Shown: positions 31,340 through 47,735, counted from the stretch's first letter. The stretch: 64,000 bases of DNA from the human T2T-CHM13v2.0 reference genome, Homo sapiens (GCF_009914755.1 NC_060939.1); one strand, 5' to 3'. Notes: generated by a model from the letters alone, not told the origin. Numbers and translations: made by a program.

Positions 31340-31620
31340 AGCTTACCCAGGATCGTCCTTGATCGCAGACACCCCCAGAGCAGTCGCTGGTAGTCAGAGC
31401 CCTCTCCAACTGACCCCCAGGGCCTACGCTGTCCCCTGAGAGAGGAGCCACAGCACAGCCGAAGGCTCTGGTTGGGGGTGTGGTCTGTGGCTACAGAAAC
31501 TTTCAATAGCTCCATTCAGTGGGGGCCGGGCAGGAATGCTGAGCTGGCCGGCAGGGCCTGAGTCAGCAGCTGGGGGAGCTTGGCGCTGGGTGGGGGGCGG
31601 GGGGGCAGGGGAGCTATCAA
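31340..31620 (-). promoter_or_regulatory. LCTL: Putative upstream LCTL promoter and alternative non-coding first exon
   Basis: Strong donor TGG|gtaagc at 31347/31346, MARE/ARE-like TGCTGACTCAG at 31558-31568, GC-box and G-runs at 31572-31611. TSS not determinable from sequence. Confidence 0.5.
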
Positions 31621-32203
31621 TCAACTCCCCATCCTGGGACAGAAGGGCAGCCAAGGAGGGGGGAGACCTGGTCCTCCTGGACCCTTCTGGGCTTGACATG
31701 CCACCTTCAGCACACCCCAGTCCTTCGAGTCCCAAGCTGGGGGTGGCGCAGGACCAGTGTATGTTGCCATGTGTCTCTGTCTACTTGTCCCAGCTGCCAA
31801 AAAAAAAACAACCAAAAAACCCACCATAAAAGATAGAGTTGGTTTTTCCACCTTGGCCTTCTCTCTTTGTATCCCTCATTCATTTCTTTCCTCACTCATT
31901 CATTCAACCAGCACCACCTGCTAGAACAGCCCACCCTGTAGTCTCAGCACCTCTTGCCCTCATCTGCTGTGGCTCCCTTCCCTGCAGTGCCCTCCCCATC
32001 AGAAAGGCCTCCTTCACATAGCTCAATTTCCAGCCTCCCTGCCTTCAGCTGAGCCCTCACCACAGCTCTCTCAACTGGGCCTTATGGCTTTGTTGTTGGT
32101 TAATTTCTTTGTACTCTTCCTTTGGGTCTTCAATGGGTAGCACCTCCTCCAGGAAGCCTTTCTGGATTCATGCACCCTCAGGCCAGACTAGGTTCTCTGG
32201 ATT

Positions 32204-32231
32204 TTGTTTTCTTTTCTTTCTTTTTTTGTTT

Positions 32232-32284
<53 letters not shown>

Positions 32285-32385
32285 TTCTTTCTTTTCTTTC
32301 TTTCTTCTTCTTTCTTTTCTTTCTTTTTCTTTCTCTCTCTCTCTCTTTCTCCTTCCTTCCTTCCTTCCTTCTTTCTTTTTCTTTT
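32204..32385. repeat. (TTTC)n/(TC)n/(TTCC)n compound pyrimidine microsatellite forming the tail of an antisense Alu fragment
   Basis: Read directly from the sequence. Confidence 0.9.
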
Positions 32386-32681
32386 AAACAGTGACATGGT
32401 CACGGCTCACTGCAGCCTGGACCTCCTGGGCTCAAGTGATCCACCTCAGCACCCCAAGTAGCTGGGGCTATAGGCACCCACCACCACGCATGCCTAATTT
32501 TTTGTAGAGATGGGGTCTTGCTATGTTGTCTAGGCTGTTCCTGGGTTTTCCTACAGCCTGCGTTTACCCCTCCCACCCTGCACTTCCACATCAGCTGTTT
32601 ATGTATCTGTCCCCTGCCCCTTTGTAGGTTCCTGGGAGGCGGGAGGCGGCCAGCCTGGTTCATCAGCATCCAGTCCTCTAG

Positions 32682-32699
32682 TGCTGCCACCTAGTGGAC
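32682..32699 (-). promoter_or_regulatory. Near-consensus CTCF binding motif
   Basis: The - strand reads GTCCACTAGGTGGCAGCA, matching the CCASYAGRKGGCRS core, in non-repeat sequence. Confidence 0.7.
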
Positions 32700-33854
32700 G
32701 CTTAATAATGTGAGTAAAATCGAAATAGTACAATAATGAACCTAACCGTGGCTAACGTTGACTGGGTGCTTCCTAAGGTCCAGGGGCTTTCATGTATTCA
32801 TTCATCAACCCCTGAGACAAGGCAATAGATGCAGCTTCGGCTGCAGTGGGGCGGGAGGTTCCAGGCTCCAGCAAGGGCAGGCTTGTACGGCTGTGTGGAC
32901 AAAAGCCGGCCCCGTCTGGACTGACCCTGGCCTCGTGGTGGCCCTGCTCTGAGGGTGGTGCTATTACTGGAACCGTTAGAGGTTGAGGAAACTAGAGAGC
33001 TCCTTCAGGCCTCGCTACCTAGCAATTGTGCGGAGGTTTGCTGAGGGAGGCCAGGGGGTGGGTGGGGTGGGGGTCTAGACCACCCACCTGGGGGGTAGGC
33101 TGGGGGGAGGCTGCTTTACTGGGGGGCCCAGCTGGTGAACGGGGCCAGGTCCCTTGGGGTTTCCCTGGTGATGCCTGTGGTGAAGGCACTAAGATCTTTA
33201 TTCACAAATTCTGACGTTCCCCAGGTGCATTCATGGGGACAGGAGTGATTCTCAAAGTAGAAGCCAGGGCTGGGTCCCTTACAAAAATGTAGTGATTGGA
33301 TGGGGGTGTGTCAATAAGGATATTTCCCCCACCAGATTTCCTACCTGTCTGCCCTCTAGGCTTTCCTCAAGAAACATTTCCTGAGTCCCCAAGAGGCCCT
33401 GGCCAGAGTAAAATAGGACTTGGCCTGTGGGCCTCTGGAACTGGGGGTCTCATGAGGACAGGAGGCGAGCAGGGAGGGGAAGGGGGGAGGTTCTGGATGT
33501 GGTGCAGAGTGGCCGGGCTGTAATGGATGGAGGGATGGAACGCTGAGAGACTAGGGGTGTGGGGCTGTCTTCGAAGGGACACGAAGGATGCAGAGACATT
33601 TGCCAGGCGTTCGTGGAGGCACAGAGTGGGGAAGGCATTGGAACAGGTGGAAGGACAGCATGAGTAAAGGCCCTGAGATGTATTTCTGGACCTGGGAGGT
33701 TGGTATCTTCTCTCTGCTTGCACCTGCCCTGCAGTGCCCAGGCAAGGCTGTGTCCTCAGGGGTAAGCAGGCCGCTGAACAGGCGAGTGGGCTCTGGGGAC
33801 TCTGTTCCCTGGGCTGAGGTAGGCAGGAAACATACGACTTTAAGAGCTGATGTC

Positions 33855-34920
<1,066 letters not shown>

Positions 34921-35029
34921 TCAACTGGCCTGGGGTCTGGCTGCAGACACAGCCTCCATCATTGAGGCCCTGTTTTCCTCCCATGGACTCCAAGCCTGGC
35001 TCTGGCTGGAATGAGGATGGATAAGCCCC

Positions 35030-35394
35030 TGCGCTGCTCTGAATGTGTCCCTGAATTTCATATGTTGAAACTTAATCACCGATGTGATAGTATTAAGAGT
35101 TGGGGCCTTCATGGACAGGATTAGTGACCTCATAAAAGGGCTGGAGGGAACCTACCGGGCCCCTTTCATCCTTCTGTCCCTTCCCCCATGTGAGGACACA
35201 GTGTTCATCCACTCCGAGGGCTCAGCCACAGGGCACCACCTTGGAAGCAGAGAGCAGACCCTACCAGACGCAAACCTGCTGGTGTCCTCATCTTGGACTT
35301 CCAGACTCTGGAACTGTGAGAATTACGTTTCTGTTGGTTTGTAAATGACCCAGTCTGAGATATTTTGTTATAGCAGCACAAGTAGACTAAGCCA
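35030..35394 (+). mobile_element. MaLR solo LTR (MST/MLT1A-like)
   Basis: Typical MaLR LTR body ending ttgttatagcagcac...gactaag. Confidence 0.75.
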
Positions 35395-36531
35395 TCCCCG
35401 CCTTCCCCTCCTCCATACATGCTCCGCAGAAGCTGCCTAGGCCCTGTCTGAGGCCTGGGCTCCCAGTGCTTGGCCAGGGTGAGACCTTTCCCTCAGCAGT
35501 GGGGCTGAAGTCCCTGAGGCCAGGCCTTAAGTGGCTCTTGGGCCTCTGTAACTTCCTTTTCTTCCCTCCCTGCAAGGGGCTGCAGAGGTGGGGGCCCAGG
35601 CCATAGCCAGAGCCCTGTGTCTTTTAGAGACAGGCTTTGTAAAGGCAAAGGGTCTGGTCCTCAGTTCTGGGAGCACAGAGAGGGTGAATGCTGCAGAAGG
35701 TCCCAGCCTGCTCTGTGCCTCAGGATCATTAAGAGCAAATTGAGGGGTGGTAGTGAGAGGACACTGGAGATTCAGAAAAACTGAGTCCCACCTCCATCTT
35801 GCCAGGAACTGGCTGTGGGATCAGTGCCAGGCACTTCCTCTCTATGGGCCTGAGGCTCCCATCGATAAAGTGAGAGCCTGTCTTTCGGGATCATCCCAGT
35901 AGACACTGTTGGGCCCAGCTTCAGCAATTCTCTCCTCTGGCCCTAGGAGCTGGTCCTTCTCCAGGGGGTCTCTCGGTCCCCCACCCCCAACCTCCCCAGT
36001 CTTCACACCACCAGCCCTGCAGCCCAATTCAGCCCTGCCCAGCCCTGAGCTAAGGGAGCAAGCCCCAGGGTCAGAATAAGGGGCAGGAGACAAGGTTCAG
36101 TTCTGCCTGCTGGGTGACATTGGACCTGCCATTGTCCCATGCTGGGTCTTCATTTCCTCCTCAGTAATGAAGAGGAGGCTGGCTACAGATGTCTGAAGTC
36201 TTTCTTAGCTCTGGGATTCTAGTAAAGAGGTGATAGGCTTTTTTCAGGGTTTTGATTTTGTGGTAGGCAGGGAATCTGGTAGGGGCAGCCCTGAAAATGC
36301 TGGGATGGATGAAGCGGGTTTGCAGGGATGAGAGTGGGGCTGGCTTGACCCAACAGGAGGTCATGGTGTGTGTGCATGCATGCTTGACTACATGTGTACC
36401 TGTGTGTGCATGTGTGTGGGTCCAGGGAGTGTTGGGGAAAGGACCCCCGCCCCCAGGGTGCAGAGCTGTCTTGAAGAGCCTAGAGTTGGGTGAGTCGAGG
36501 TGATTAGGGGTTTCTAGGAGTACTTTGGGCC

Positions 36532-37213
36532 TGATATGGTTATGCTTTGTGTCCCCACCCAAATCTCATTGTGAATTGTAATCCCCATAATCCCCATGTG
36601 TCGAGCAAGAGACCTGGTGGGAGGTGATTGGATCATCGGGGCAGTGTCTCCCATGCTGTTCTCATGATAGTGAGGGAGTTCCCACAAGATCTGATGGTTT
36701 TATACATGTCTGACAGTTCCTCTTGCTGCTGCCCATGTAAGACTTACCTTGCTTCCCCTTCCACTATGATTGTAAGTTTCCTGGGGACTCTCCAGCCATG
36801 TGGAATTGTGAGTCCAATAAACCTCTTTTCTTTATAAATTACCAAGTCTTGGGCAGTTCTTTTTTTTTTTTTTTTTTTGAAATGGAGTCTGGCTCTGTTG
36901 CCCAGGCTGGAGTGTAGTGGTGCAGTCTCGGCTCACTGGCTCACTGCAAGCTCCGCCTCCCGGGTTCACGCCATTCTCCTGCCTCAGCCTCCCGAGTAGC
37001 TGGGACTACAGGCGCCCACCACTACGCCCGGCTAATTTTTTGTATTTTTAGTAGAGACGGGGTTTCACCATGTTAGCCAGGATGGTCTCGATCTCCTGAC
37101 CTTGTGATCTGCCCGCCTCGGCTTCCCAAAGTGCTGGGATTACAGGCATGAGCCACTGCGCCCGGCCTAGTCTTGGGCAGTTCTTTATAGCAGTGTGAGA
37201 ATGAGCTAATACA
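36532..37213 (+). mobile_element. MSTA-like solo LTR interrupted by an antisense AluY
   Basis: TGATATGG...TAATACA termini with 5-bp TSD gggcc/gggct. The Alu is flanked by agtcttgggcagttct at 36845-36860 and 37169-37184. Confidence 0.85.
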
Positions 37214-37956
37214 GGGCTTAAGCTTAGAATTTCTACTGAGCTTTCTTCTGAGGGTGGAGCAGAGACGAATTGTCTGGACAGGCCTCTGAAGGTGAGGGTG
37301 GTGAGGAGGAAAGGGGAAGGAACAAGAGAGGGCAGCAGGTGGAGTGGAAGAGAGCAGTGGTTAGGGTCAAGGACTCGAGCCAAATAAGACACTGAATCCC
37401 AGCTCAGCATTTGCCAGTTGAGTGGTTACAAACAAGTTACTGCCCTTCTTTGGGCCCTGTTTTTAATGTATAAAAGAGGATGATGATAGTATCTCCTACA
37501 CAGGGTCATTTGAATGTTAAATGACATGACAGATGTAATACAGAGTGCCTGGCACAGAGGAAAGTCCCCATAAAGGATCCCTCATCCACACCATCACACT
37601 GTCCAGGCTGAAGTCTAGTGCTGCCACTTGCAAGGGCGTTATGTCTGGGGCGCAGAGCGGGCAGACGCTCCCTGATGGCCTGGCACAGGACTTCTATGGT
37701 CTGAGAGCTTTGACTGGGCGACACCAAAACCCTGGGAGGCTGTGGCTCTGTGGGGAGCCAGGCCTCTCTGCTTCTGCTCTGCTAAAGCCACAGCTCTGCA
37801 CCTCTGAGCCCATCACTGCCTGTGGGAAACATGCTGGGGTTCAGCCAGTTTTGAGGCCTGCTGCCAGCTCTGACTCTGTGGACAAAACTCACAACTTTTA
37901 GTCTTCTGGGTGTGGATGATAACTCCCAAAGCCCACTTAATTTCTCAGAGCCCTCA

Positions 37957-38387
<431 letters not shown>

Positions 38388-38720
38388 TCAGGAGATCAAG
38401 ACCATCCTGGCTAACACAGTGAAACCCTGTCTCTACTAAAAATACAAAAAATTAGCCGGGCCTGGTAGCAGGCGCCTGTAGTCCCAGCTACTTGGGAGGC
38501 TGAGGCAGGAGAATGGCGTGAACCTGGGAGGCGGAGCTCGCAGTGAACCGAGATCACCACTGCACTCCAGCCTGGGCAACAGAGTGAGACTCCGTCACAC
38601 ACACACACACAACAAAAACAAAAACAAAAACAAAAAAAAATCACACAGACACTGGCCCTGGCTCCATGGGAAGGGGACATTTTTCAGAGATGACATCAGC
38701 TCTTTTTTTTTTATTTTTGA

Positions 38721-38936
<216 letters not shown>

Positions 38937-40967
38937 TGATCCACCCGCCTCGCCTCCCAGAGTGCTGGGGTTACAGGCATGAGCCACCGCACCTGGCCGA
39001 GATTCTACCTGTTACTGTATTTGCTTCATAACATGCCACATGTCCCTTATCAGGTCACTTCAGCCCTAAACACTTCAGTAGCAGCATCATGAACTGTATT
39101 TGTTTATGGTTCTTTTCTTTTTGAGGTAACATTTGCTTACAGTGAAAGGCACAAGTCTTAAGTGTGCTATTCTGTGAGTTTTTTCAAACGCAGTCACTCA
39201 TGTCACCAAACCACTGTTAAGATATGGAAAGTGAATCTGTTCCCCTCTAAACTTGCATTGCGCCACCTCTCCTTTCTGAGGACTTTTGGGGGAAATTCCC
39301 AAAGTTCTCAAGAACTGAAATCTGTATCATCTTATTTCCCTCTTAGCTCTGGATACTTGGAAATTCTGAGATGCATTTGTGGCCAGTCTCCAGCATGCAC
39401 ACAGGACTTGGATTATGCATTTGTGTGTGACGTCTTACTCTCCCTCCCAGCTGCTCCTTTTGTCTATTATTCTAAGACCTGTCTGAGGTATGCATACACT
39501 TCTGCAAGCTGGTTCTCAAATCCTTCTTTTTTTTGGAACAAAACTGAAGGAGTACTGCACAAAGAAATAATCATATTGGAATTTTCTGGACATTTTCATG
39601 GTTTGTGGTGTCCAACTATGTGGAATTGAGTTTGTTCCAGTAAATCTGGAATGAATTGACATCCTATCCACAGAGTATGGACTTACGTGTATAACACGCA
39701 TGTGTACACACACACACACACACGTGCACACGAATTCCTGTCTTGGTGCAGACACTGGCATTGGCAGTAAAACATCAATTCCAAACTGAAAGATCTCACA
39801 TGGCAGTGGCCTTGCTGCCTGGGACCTCTGCAGGGCAGAGGTGTGGGGAGGGACAGAGATTTGGATATGGGCCTTGGAGGGCTGGAGGCTGGTGCTGGGA
39901 ACAAGCGATGATAATGATGGTGACAGGTCTGGAACTGGCCCAGCCAGCACCTCCCACCAGGGCTCTTTGGCCTGAGCTCATCTCCTAGAAATTTTCAGGA
40001 TCGTGCCTTGCATTTTTCTCCCCCCATTTCCACTTGTGGGGAACCCCATGGCTGGCTGCTGAAGATGCCAGCCAAGTCCTCTGCTTCCAGTTTCTGAAGG
40101 GTGAAAGGAGGAGGCTGTGGGGTAGGGAGAGAGGAGAGTCTCTGTGAAGATGGGAAGAAGCGCCTCAGCTTGTCTCCCTCAGGACATTCTCTGGAGCCTG
40201 TCTTCTAGAGCATCCATCACAGGCCTCGTTTCACTTTTATTTAGGAGGCTGTTTGGTAAGAGTCCATCTCCTCATAGCTTCTAACCTTGTCTGTTTTTAT
40301 TCTCCATTGAATCCCATGGTTTTGCCTATGGTACTGCTGTTTGCTTAAGGATGAATGAATGAATGAAGAGTTTTTCCCTTCATCCCTGCAGAGGCCGTGA
40401 GAACAAGCTCAAAGGATCACCCCTGGGCAGAAGCAGGCTGGGTTTTGGAGTGAGGGCTTCAGTGCACCTCCTCTGGGAAGAGGCGCCATCTTGGAAGGAG
40501 GGAGCCTGGGTCCTTCTTCAGAGAGGGATGATGGGGGTGGCTCCTTCCTAAGGAAGAAGTGCCCACGAGGGCCCAGCGATGACCATAGAAGTGTTCCGAA
40601 ATACTAACCGGGGACCCAATATTTTAGAGACAATGAATGCTTCTAAGGCTCGTAGAGCTCCTTGTGTTTGCTATGGTTGTCTCTGAAGCTGGTTCTGTTG
40701 AGTGATGAGCAGTAAGGCCTTGTAACAGAGTTGACCTATGAGCTTGTGTTTGGGGCAGGAGGGGAAGATGAGTCCTGAGGAAACTGCCACTCACATCAGA
40801 GCCGAGCCTGGCCTGGGGTTGGTGCGGGTGGAGGGAGAGACAGAAGGAGAACCCAGAGGGTGGAGCTGTCACTCATCCGCCTGGGAGAGGACAGCTAGAG
40901 CAGTCCGTGTACCCAGTGGGGAAACTGAGGTCCGGAAAGGGCAAGGGTCACAGGCAGTCAGAACTAG

Positions 40968-41162
<195 letters not shown>

Positions 41163-42138
41163 TAAATTTTATTTTTTACTTTTTGTAGTGATGAAGTCTC
41201 ATGTATATTGTCTAGGCTGGTCTTGGACTCCTGGGCTCAAGCCATCCTCCCTCCTCGGCCTCCCAAAGTACTGGGATTCCAGGCGTGAGCCATTGCGCCC
41301 GGCCACCTCGCTCTTTTTAAGGGCTTCACAGCACTCCCTGGCCTGGATGTTCCATGACTGATCTAGCCAGCCCCCTGTGGATGGACACTTTTTTCTTGAC
41401 AATGTTTTGTTCTCCCTGTATATCCCTGTGTCCTTATGTACACCTGTGAGTGTGTATTTATTCCTAAAAGTGAATTTGTGATTTTTGTTTTATTTTATTT
41501 TTGAGACAGAGTCTCACTCTGTTGCCCAGGCTGGAGTGCAGTGGCATGATCTCAGTTCACTGCATCTCTGCCTCCTGGGTTCAAATGATTCTCCTGCCTC
41601 AGCCTACCGAGTAGCTGGGATTACAGGTGTGCACTGCCACACCCAGCTAATCTTTGTGTTTTTAGTAGAGATGAAGTTTCACCTTGTTGGCCAGGCTTGT
41701 CTCAAACTCTTGGCCTCAAGTGATCTGCCTGCCTTGGGCTCCCAAAGTGCTGAGATTCCAGGCATGAGCCACCGTGCCTGGCTGAAATTGTGATTTTGGT
41801 GGATGTTGCCACGTTGTCTTTCATTAGAGGTAACCTCATCCTTTTGAACCAAAGCATGTTCAACTTAAACATTTAACCAACGTACCTAGTTAGAGGTGAG
41901 CATGGAACTATGGTTCAGGACGTGGGAGCCAGCAAGGCCTGCTGCCCAGTGGCTGGGGGAGGGCTGACTCCTGCTGAGAGCTCAGAGGCAATACTGAGGT
42001 ATATTTGCTCCGGTTAACTCCTGAAGAAAACATCACCGGTCCAGAGCTTTACAGCATACTGAGTATATTTCTACTTCTGTGCACAATCAATCCCATTTAA
42101 CCCCATGTGATATTACTTATCTTTTTTTTTTTTTTTGA

Positions 42139-42243
<105 letters not shown>

Positions 42244-42851
42244 TGAGTAGCTAGGCCTACAGTGTGCGCCACCACGCCTGGCTAATTTTGTATTTTTAGT
42301 AGAGATGGGGTTTCACATGTTGGCCAGGCTGGTCTCGAACTCCTGACCTCAAGTGATCTGCCCACCTCAGCCTCCCAAAGTGCTGAGATCACAGGTGTGA
42401 GCCACCACACCTGGCAATATTACTTATCTTTATCCCATTCTGTGGATAAGGAAACTGAGGTCTGAATGAGGCCCACGTTCATGTAACTGGCAGGCCCAAG
42501 GTCTGAGACTGCAACTTTGAGGTGCTTTCCACCATGCCAGCTACTTTCCCTTTCCTGGGCCACCTCGTCTACACCAAATCAACAGTGATTCTGAGGATCC
42601 AACTCTATTGGAGCCACCCACTCAGCTCCAACAAACCCAGGAATATGCAATAAGGTCAGAGGTGGTTAGGATGTGTCTCCCATGCATCCTCTGAGGCTGT
42701 CTCAACATGGGAACTTACAGGTTCTTACTGCTTAGACAGGCTCCAGCACGGAAAGCAGGGGCTGGATTCCTTCCTACCCAGCCCCTTGGCTCTATATAGA
42801 AAAGCAAGAAACCTAATTTACAAAGATGCTTTATCATCCAGACCCTGTTAG

Positions 42852-43118
<267 letters not shown>

Positions 43119-43239
43119 TGATCTGCCTGCCTCGGCCTCCCAAAGTGCTAGGATTATAGGCATGAGCCATCACACCCAGCCTCCTGTTTGCTTTTTAGAT
43201 GTGGATAGGTGTTCTGTTTTGGTTTTTCCTCTTCAGGTA

Positions 43240-43425
43240 TTTTAGTATTTGTTTATTTTAAGTTCCAGGGTATATGTGCAGGATGTGCAGGTTTGTTCCA
43301 TAGGTAAATGTATGCTATGGTGATTTGCTGCAGCTATCAACCCGTCACCTAAGAATTCAGCCCAGCACGCGTTAGCTATTTTTCCTGATACTTTCCCTGC
43401 CGCTGCTCCCCCACTCCACACAGGT
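43240..43425 (-). mobile_element. L1PA 3'-end fragment
   Basis: ttattttaagttccagggtatatgtgcaggatgtgcaggtttgtt matches the reverse of the primate L1 3' UTR end. Confidence 0.8.
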
Positions 43426-43524
43426 GTTTCTAACAAATTTCTTCCCATCTTTTTTCCTATTGTATTGTTAAGTCAGATGTGATCACCCTGTGTTAGCAGT
43501 TTTGCATCCTGTTGTCTTCATTTA

Positions 43525-43668
<144 letters not shown>

Positions 43669-43841
43669 TTAAAAAAATTAGCCGGCTGTGGTGGCATGCA
43701 TCTGTGGTCCTAGCTACTTGGGAGACTGAGGTAGGAGGATCGCTTGAGCCCCGGTAGTCGAGGCTATAGTGAGCTGTAATCACACCATCGCACTCTAGAT
43801 CCTGTCTCAAAAAAAAAAAAAAAAAAAGGTCACATACATCA

Positions 43842-44372
43842 CATGGTAGTTAGCCTCTAAGAAAGCCCCCACTTCCTGGTATTCATGCCCTGTGTAATCC
43901 TCTCCCTTTGAATGTGGCTAGACCTAGTGACTCACTTCCGAGGAACAGAAGTGAGCAAAAATGAAGGGTTGTCACTTCCAAGATCCGGTTACAAAGGACT
44001 GGGTGCCTTCCACGTTGCTTGCTCCCTCTTGCTGTCTTGCTTGTCCTGAAGAAAACCAGCTGCCACGTTGTGAGCTGCCCCGTGGAGGGGCCCACATACT
44101 GAGGAACTGATGTCTCCAGCCCAGAGCCAAGGACCTGGGCCACAGACTTGTGAGTGAGCTTGGAAGTGGACCTTCTTCTAGTCAAGCTTTGAGATGGTCA
44201 CAGCCCCAGTAGAGACCTGGATTGCAGCCTTGTGACAGGCCCTGAGCCAGAGGCACCCAGTTAAGGCATGCTGGTGTTCCTGCCCTACGGGAACTATGAG
44301 ATAGTAGGTGTTTGCTATTTAAGGCAGTAAGTTTGAGGGTAACTTGTTACTCAGCAGCAGGTAGCTAATACA
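43842..44372 (+). mobile_element. MLT1E/F-like MaLR solo LTR
   Basis: ctggtattcatgccctgtgtaatcc...gacctagtgactcacttc start and ttgttactcagcagcaggtagctaataca end. Confidence 0.75.
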
Positions 44373-44468
44373 CATTCCATGGGTACCTTTTCCTATGGCT
44401 GGACATCGGGGCTGTTTACCTTTCCATTATTACAAAATTCAACTTTTTAAAAAATTTTTTTATTTTGA

Positions 44469-44746
<278 letters not shown>

Positions 44747-44961
44747 TGAATTTAGGATTATTATCCAAGGGTGACTTCAGCAGGGAGAAGATTGAAGCCA
44801 ACACTCTAACATGTATGATTTTTAATAAATATCTCCAAATTGCTGTCCTCCAAGGAAGGGAACTTGACCAAGGTGGGCCACCAGAAGCATATGGGTCCCC
44901 ATTTCTGGGCACTGTTGGCCAGCACCTTTCTTTTCTTTCTTTTTCTTTTTTTTTTTTTTGA

Positions 44962-45260
<299 letters not shown>

Positions 45261-45784
45261 TAGGCTCTCTGTTCATTGATGTTTCCCATAGCAATCAGGT
45301 AATGATAGTGCTTTTCCTGCTCACCTCTCAGTGTTATTATCAGACCCGGAATCAGAACTATGTAAATGAAGTCTCTTGGAGGCCTCACAGTGCTCTGCAG
45401 GACTGGGAGGGGTTAAGGGTTTTCTCACAGTCTCAGAGCTCAGCCTATGCCAGCCCCTTCCCATTTCATAGGACAGAAAGCAGAGGCTAAGAGATGCCAG
45501 GGGCTTACCCAGGGTAAGAGAGTCATTCATGGTAGGGCAGGCACAAAATACTCAGGGAGGCAAAGGACCTGGGCTAGAGTTCTTCCCCTTGACCCACACA
45601 GCCTCCCAGCTTATCTGCTTTGCCTGAACCAAAGCAGAACCTCAGGCCTCTTCTTCAACCCCTGAGGACTCAGAAAATCATGTGTTATATGTCAAGAAAT
45701 CTCAGCTGGATGCGGTTGCTCACACCTGTAATCTCAGCACTTTGGGAGGCTGAGGCAGGAAGATCACTCGAGCTCAGGAGTTCA

Positions 45785-46225
<441 letters not shown>

Positions 46226-46978
46226 TCACCCATTGTCCCCCTGGGCTTTGGCTGCCTGGGCTCAAGTTCTGGAGTCAGGGAAGGACAAGGAGAGAAGAGG
46301 TTGGCTCCGCAGAAGCCAGGACTGTCCTGTGGGGCTCTGTCTTCCCACAATGTGGGACTCCAGACACTCAGTGATCCAAGAACCTCTCCCCCATTCTTCA
46401 CACTGCCTTAAGATTTGGAATTCTCGAGTAGACTCTGCTCCCCACTGGCTGTGGGCCTGGGATTGACTGGTGGGTCTTGATTTTGGCTGTAAATTAACAT
46501 CACCTGGGGGTGCTTTAAAAACTACTGACACCTGGGTTCCACGCACGGTGCTTCAAATTAAATGTTTAAAGCTTCCCCAGGTGATTTCAAACTGCAGCCA
46601 AGCTTGAGAACGACTGGGCTGGTCGTTCTCCCTAAGTCCAAGTCTCTCCCTGCCAAAGGGGGCTAATGATGCCTACTTTCCACAGTTGCTGGAAACAATG
46701 GAGATCCTGGTGTGTTCAGGCACATCGAAACATGTAAATGGTAATGTAATAAATCTTATGTCCACCCATGGGAGGGCTTGAGCAGAAGTGGGGTACCCTC
46801 AGGCTTTCCTCAGCCAGTAGAGCCCAGGTCAAGATGCCAGCGGCAGACATTGAGCAGCGTGCTGATGGGCATGAGCAAGCCTGTATACTGCCCCCACTGT
46901 GGCCATCCTCCAAAGTGCCCCGCACTGAGCGGGAAATTCAAGGTGAGAACAGCAGATCACCCCAGGCTCAGCCCCCTT

Positions 46979-47381
46979 GGGCGGAGCTGCCCAAGACCAT
47001 GGGAACCCACCTCTTGCATCAGTGTGACCTGAATGTGAGACTTTGAGTCAAAGGAGATAATTTTGGAGCTTTAAAATTTGACTGCCCTGCTGGATCTCAG
47101 ACTTGCCTGGGCCCTGTAACCGCTTTGTTTTGGCCAATTTCACTCATTTGGAATGGCTGTATTTACCCAATGCCTGTCCCGCCTCCATATCTAGGAAGTA
47201 ACTAGCTTGCTTTCGATTTTACAGGCTCATAGATGGAAGGGACTTGCCTTGTCTCAGATGAGACTTTGAACTGTGGACTTCTGGGTTAATGCTGAAATGA
47301 ATTCAGACTTTGGGGGACTGTTGGGAAGGCATGATTGGTTTTGAAATGTGAAGACATAGATTTGGAGGGGCCAGGGGGGAA
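46979..47381 (+). mobile_element. THE1-int (MaLR internal) 3' fragment ending in the polypurine tract
   Basis: gcggagctgcccaagaccatgggaacccacctcttgcatcag... matches THE1-int; PPT ggaggggccaggggggaa lies just before the LTR. Confidence 0.85.
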
Positions 47382-47735
47382 TGATATGGTTTGGCTGTGT
47401 CCCCATTCAAATCTCAACTTGAATTGTATCTCCCAGAATTCCCACGTGTTGTGGGAGGGACCCAGGAGGAGGTAATTGAATTATGGGAGCTGGTCTTTCC
47501 CGTGCTATTCTCGGGATAGTGAATAAGTCTCACAATATCTGATGGGTTTATCAGGGGTTTCCGCTTTTGCTGCTTCCTCATTCTGTCTTGCTGCCGCCAT
47601 GTAAGAAGTGCGTTTCACCCTCTGCCATGATTATGAAACCTCCCCAGCCATGTGGAACTGTAAGTCCAATTAAGCCTCCTTTTCTTCTCAGTCTCGGGTA
47701 TGCCTTTATCAGCAGCATGAAAACAGACTCATAGA
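47382..47735 (+). mobile_element. THE1A-like 3' LTR
   Basis: TGATATGGTTTGGCTGTGTCCCC...atctcaacttgaattgtatctcccagaattcccacg matches the remembered THE1A consensus. Confidence 0.85.

Noticed and set aside
39162-39629. 155-aa + strand ORF
   Set aside because: No recognisable domain, non-ATG start, and it begins in degenerate L1-like sequence.
45503-45518. Perfect short palindrome cttaccc-a-gggtaag
   Set aside because: Only 7-bp arms within MIR-like sequence; expected by chance.
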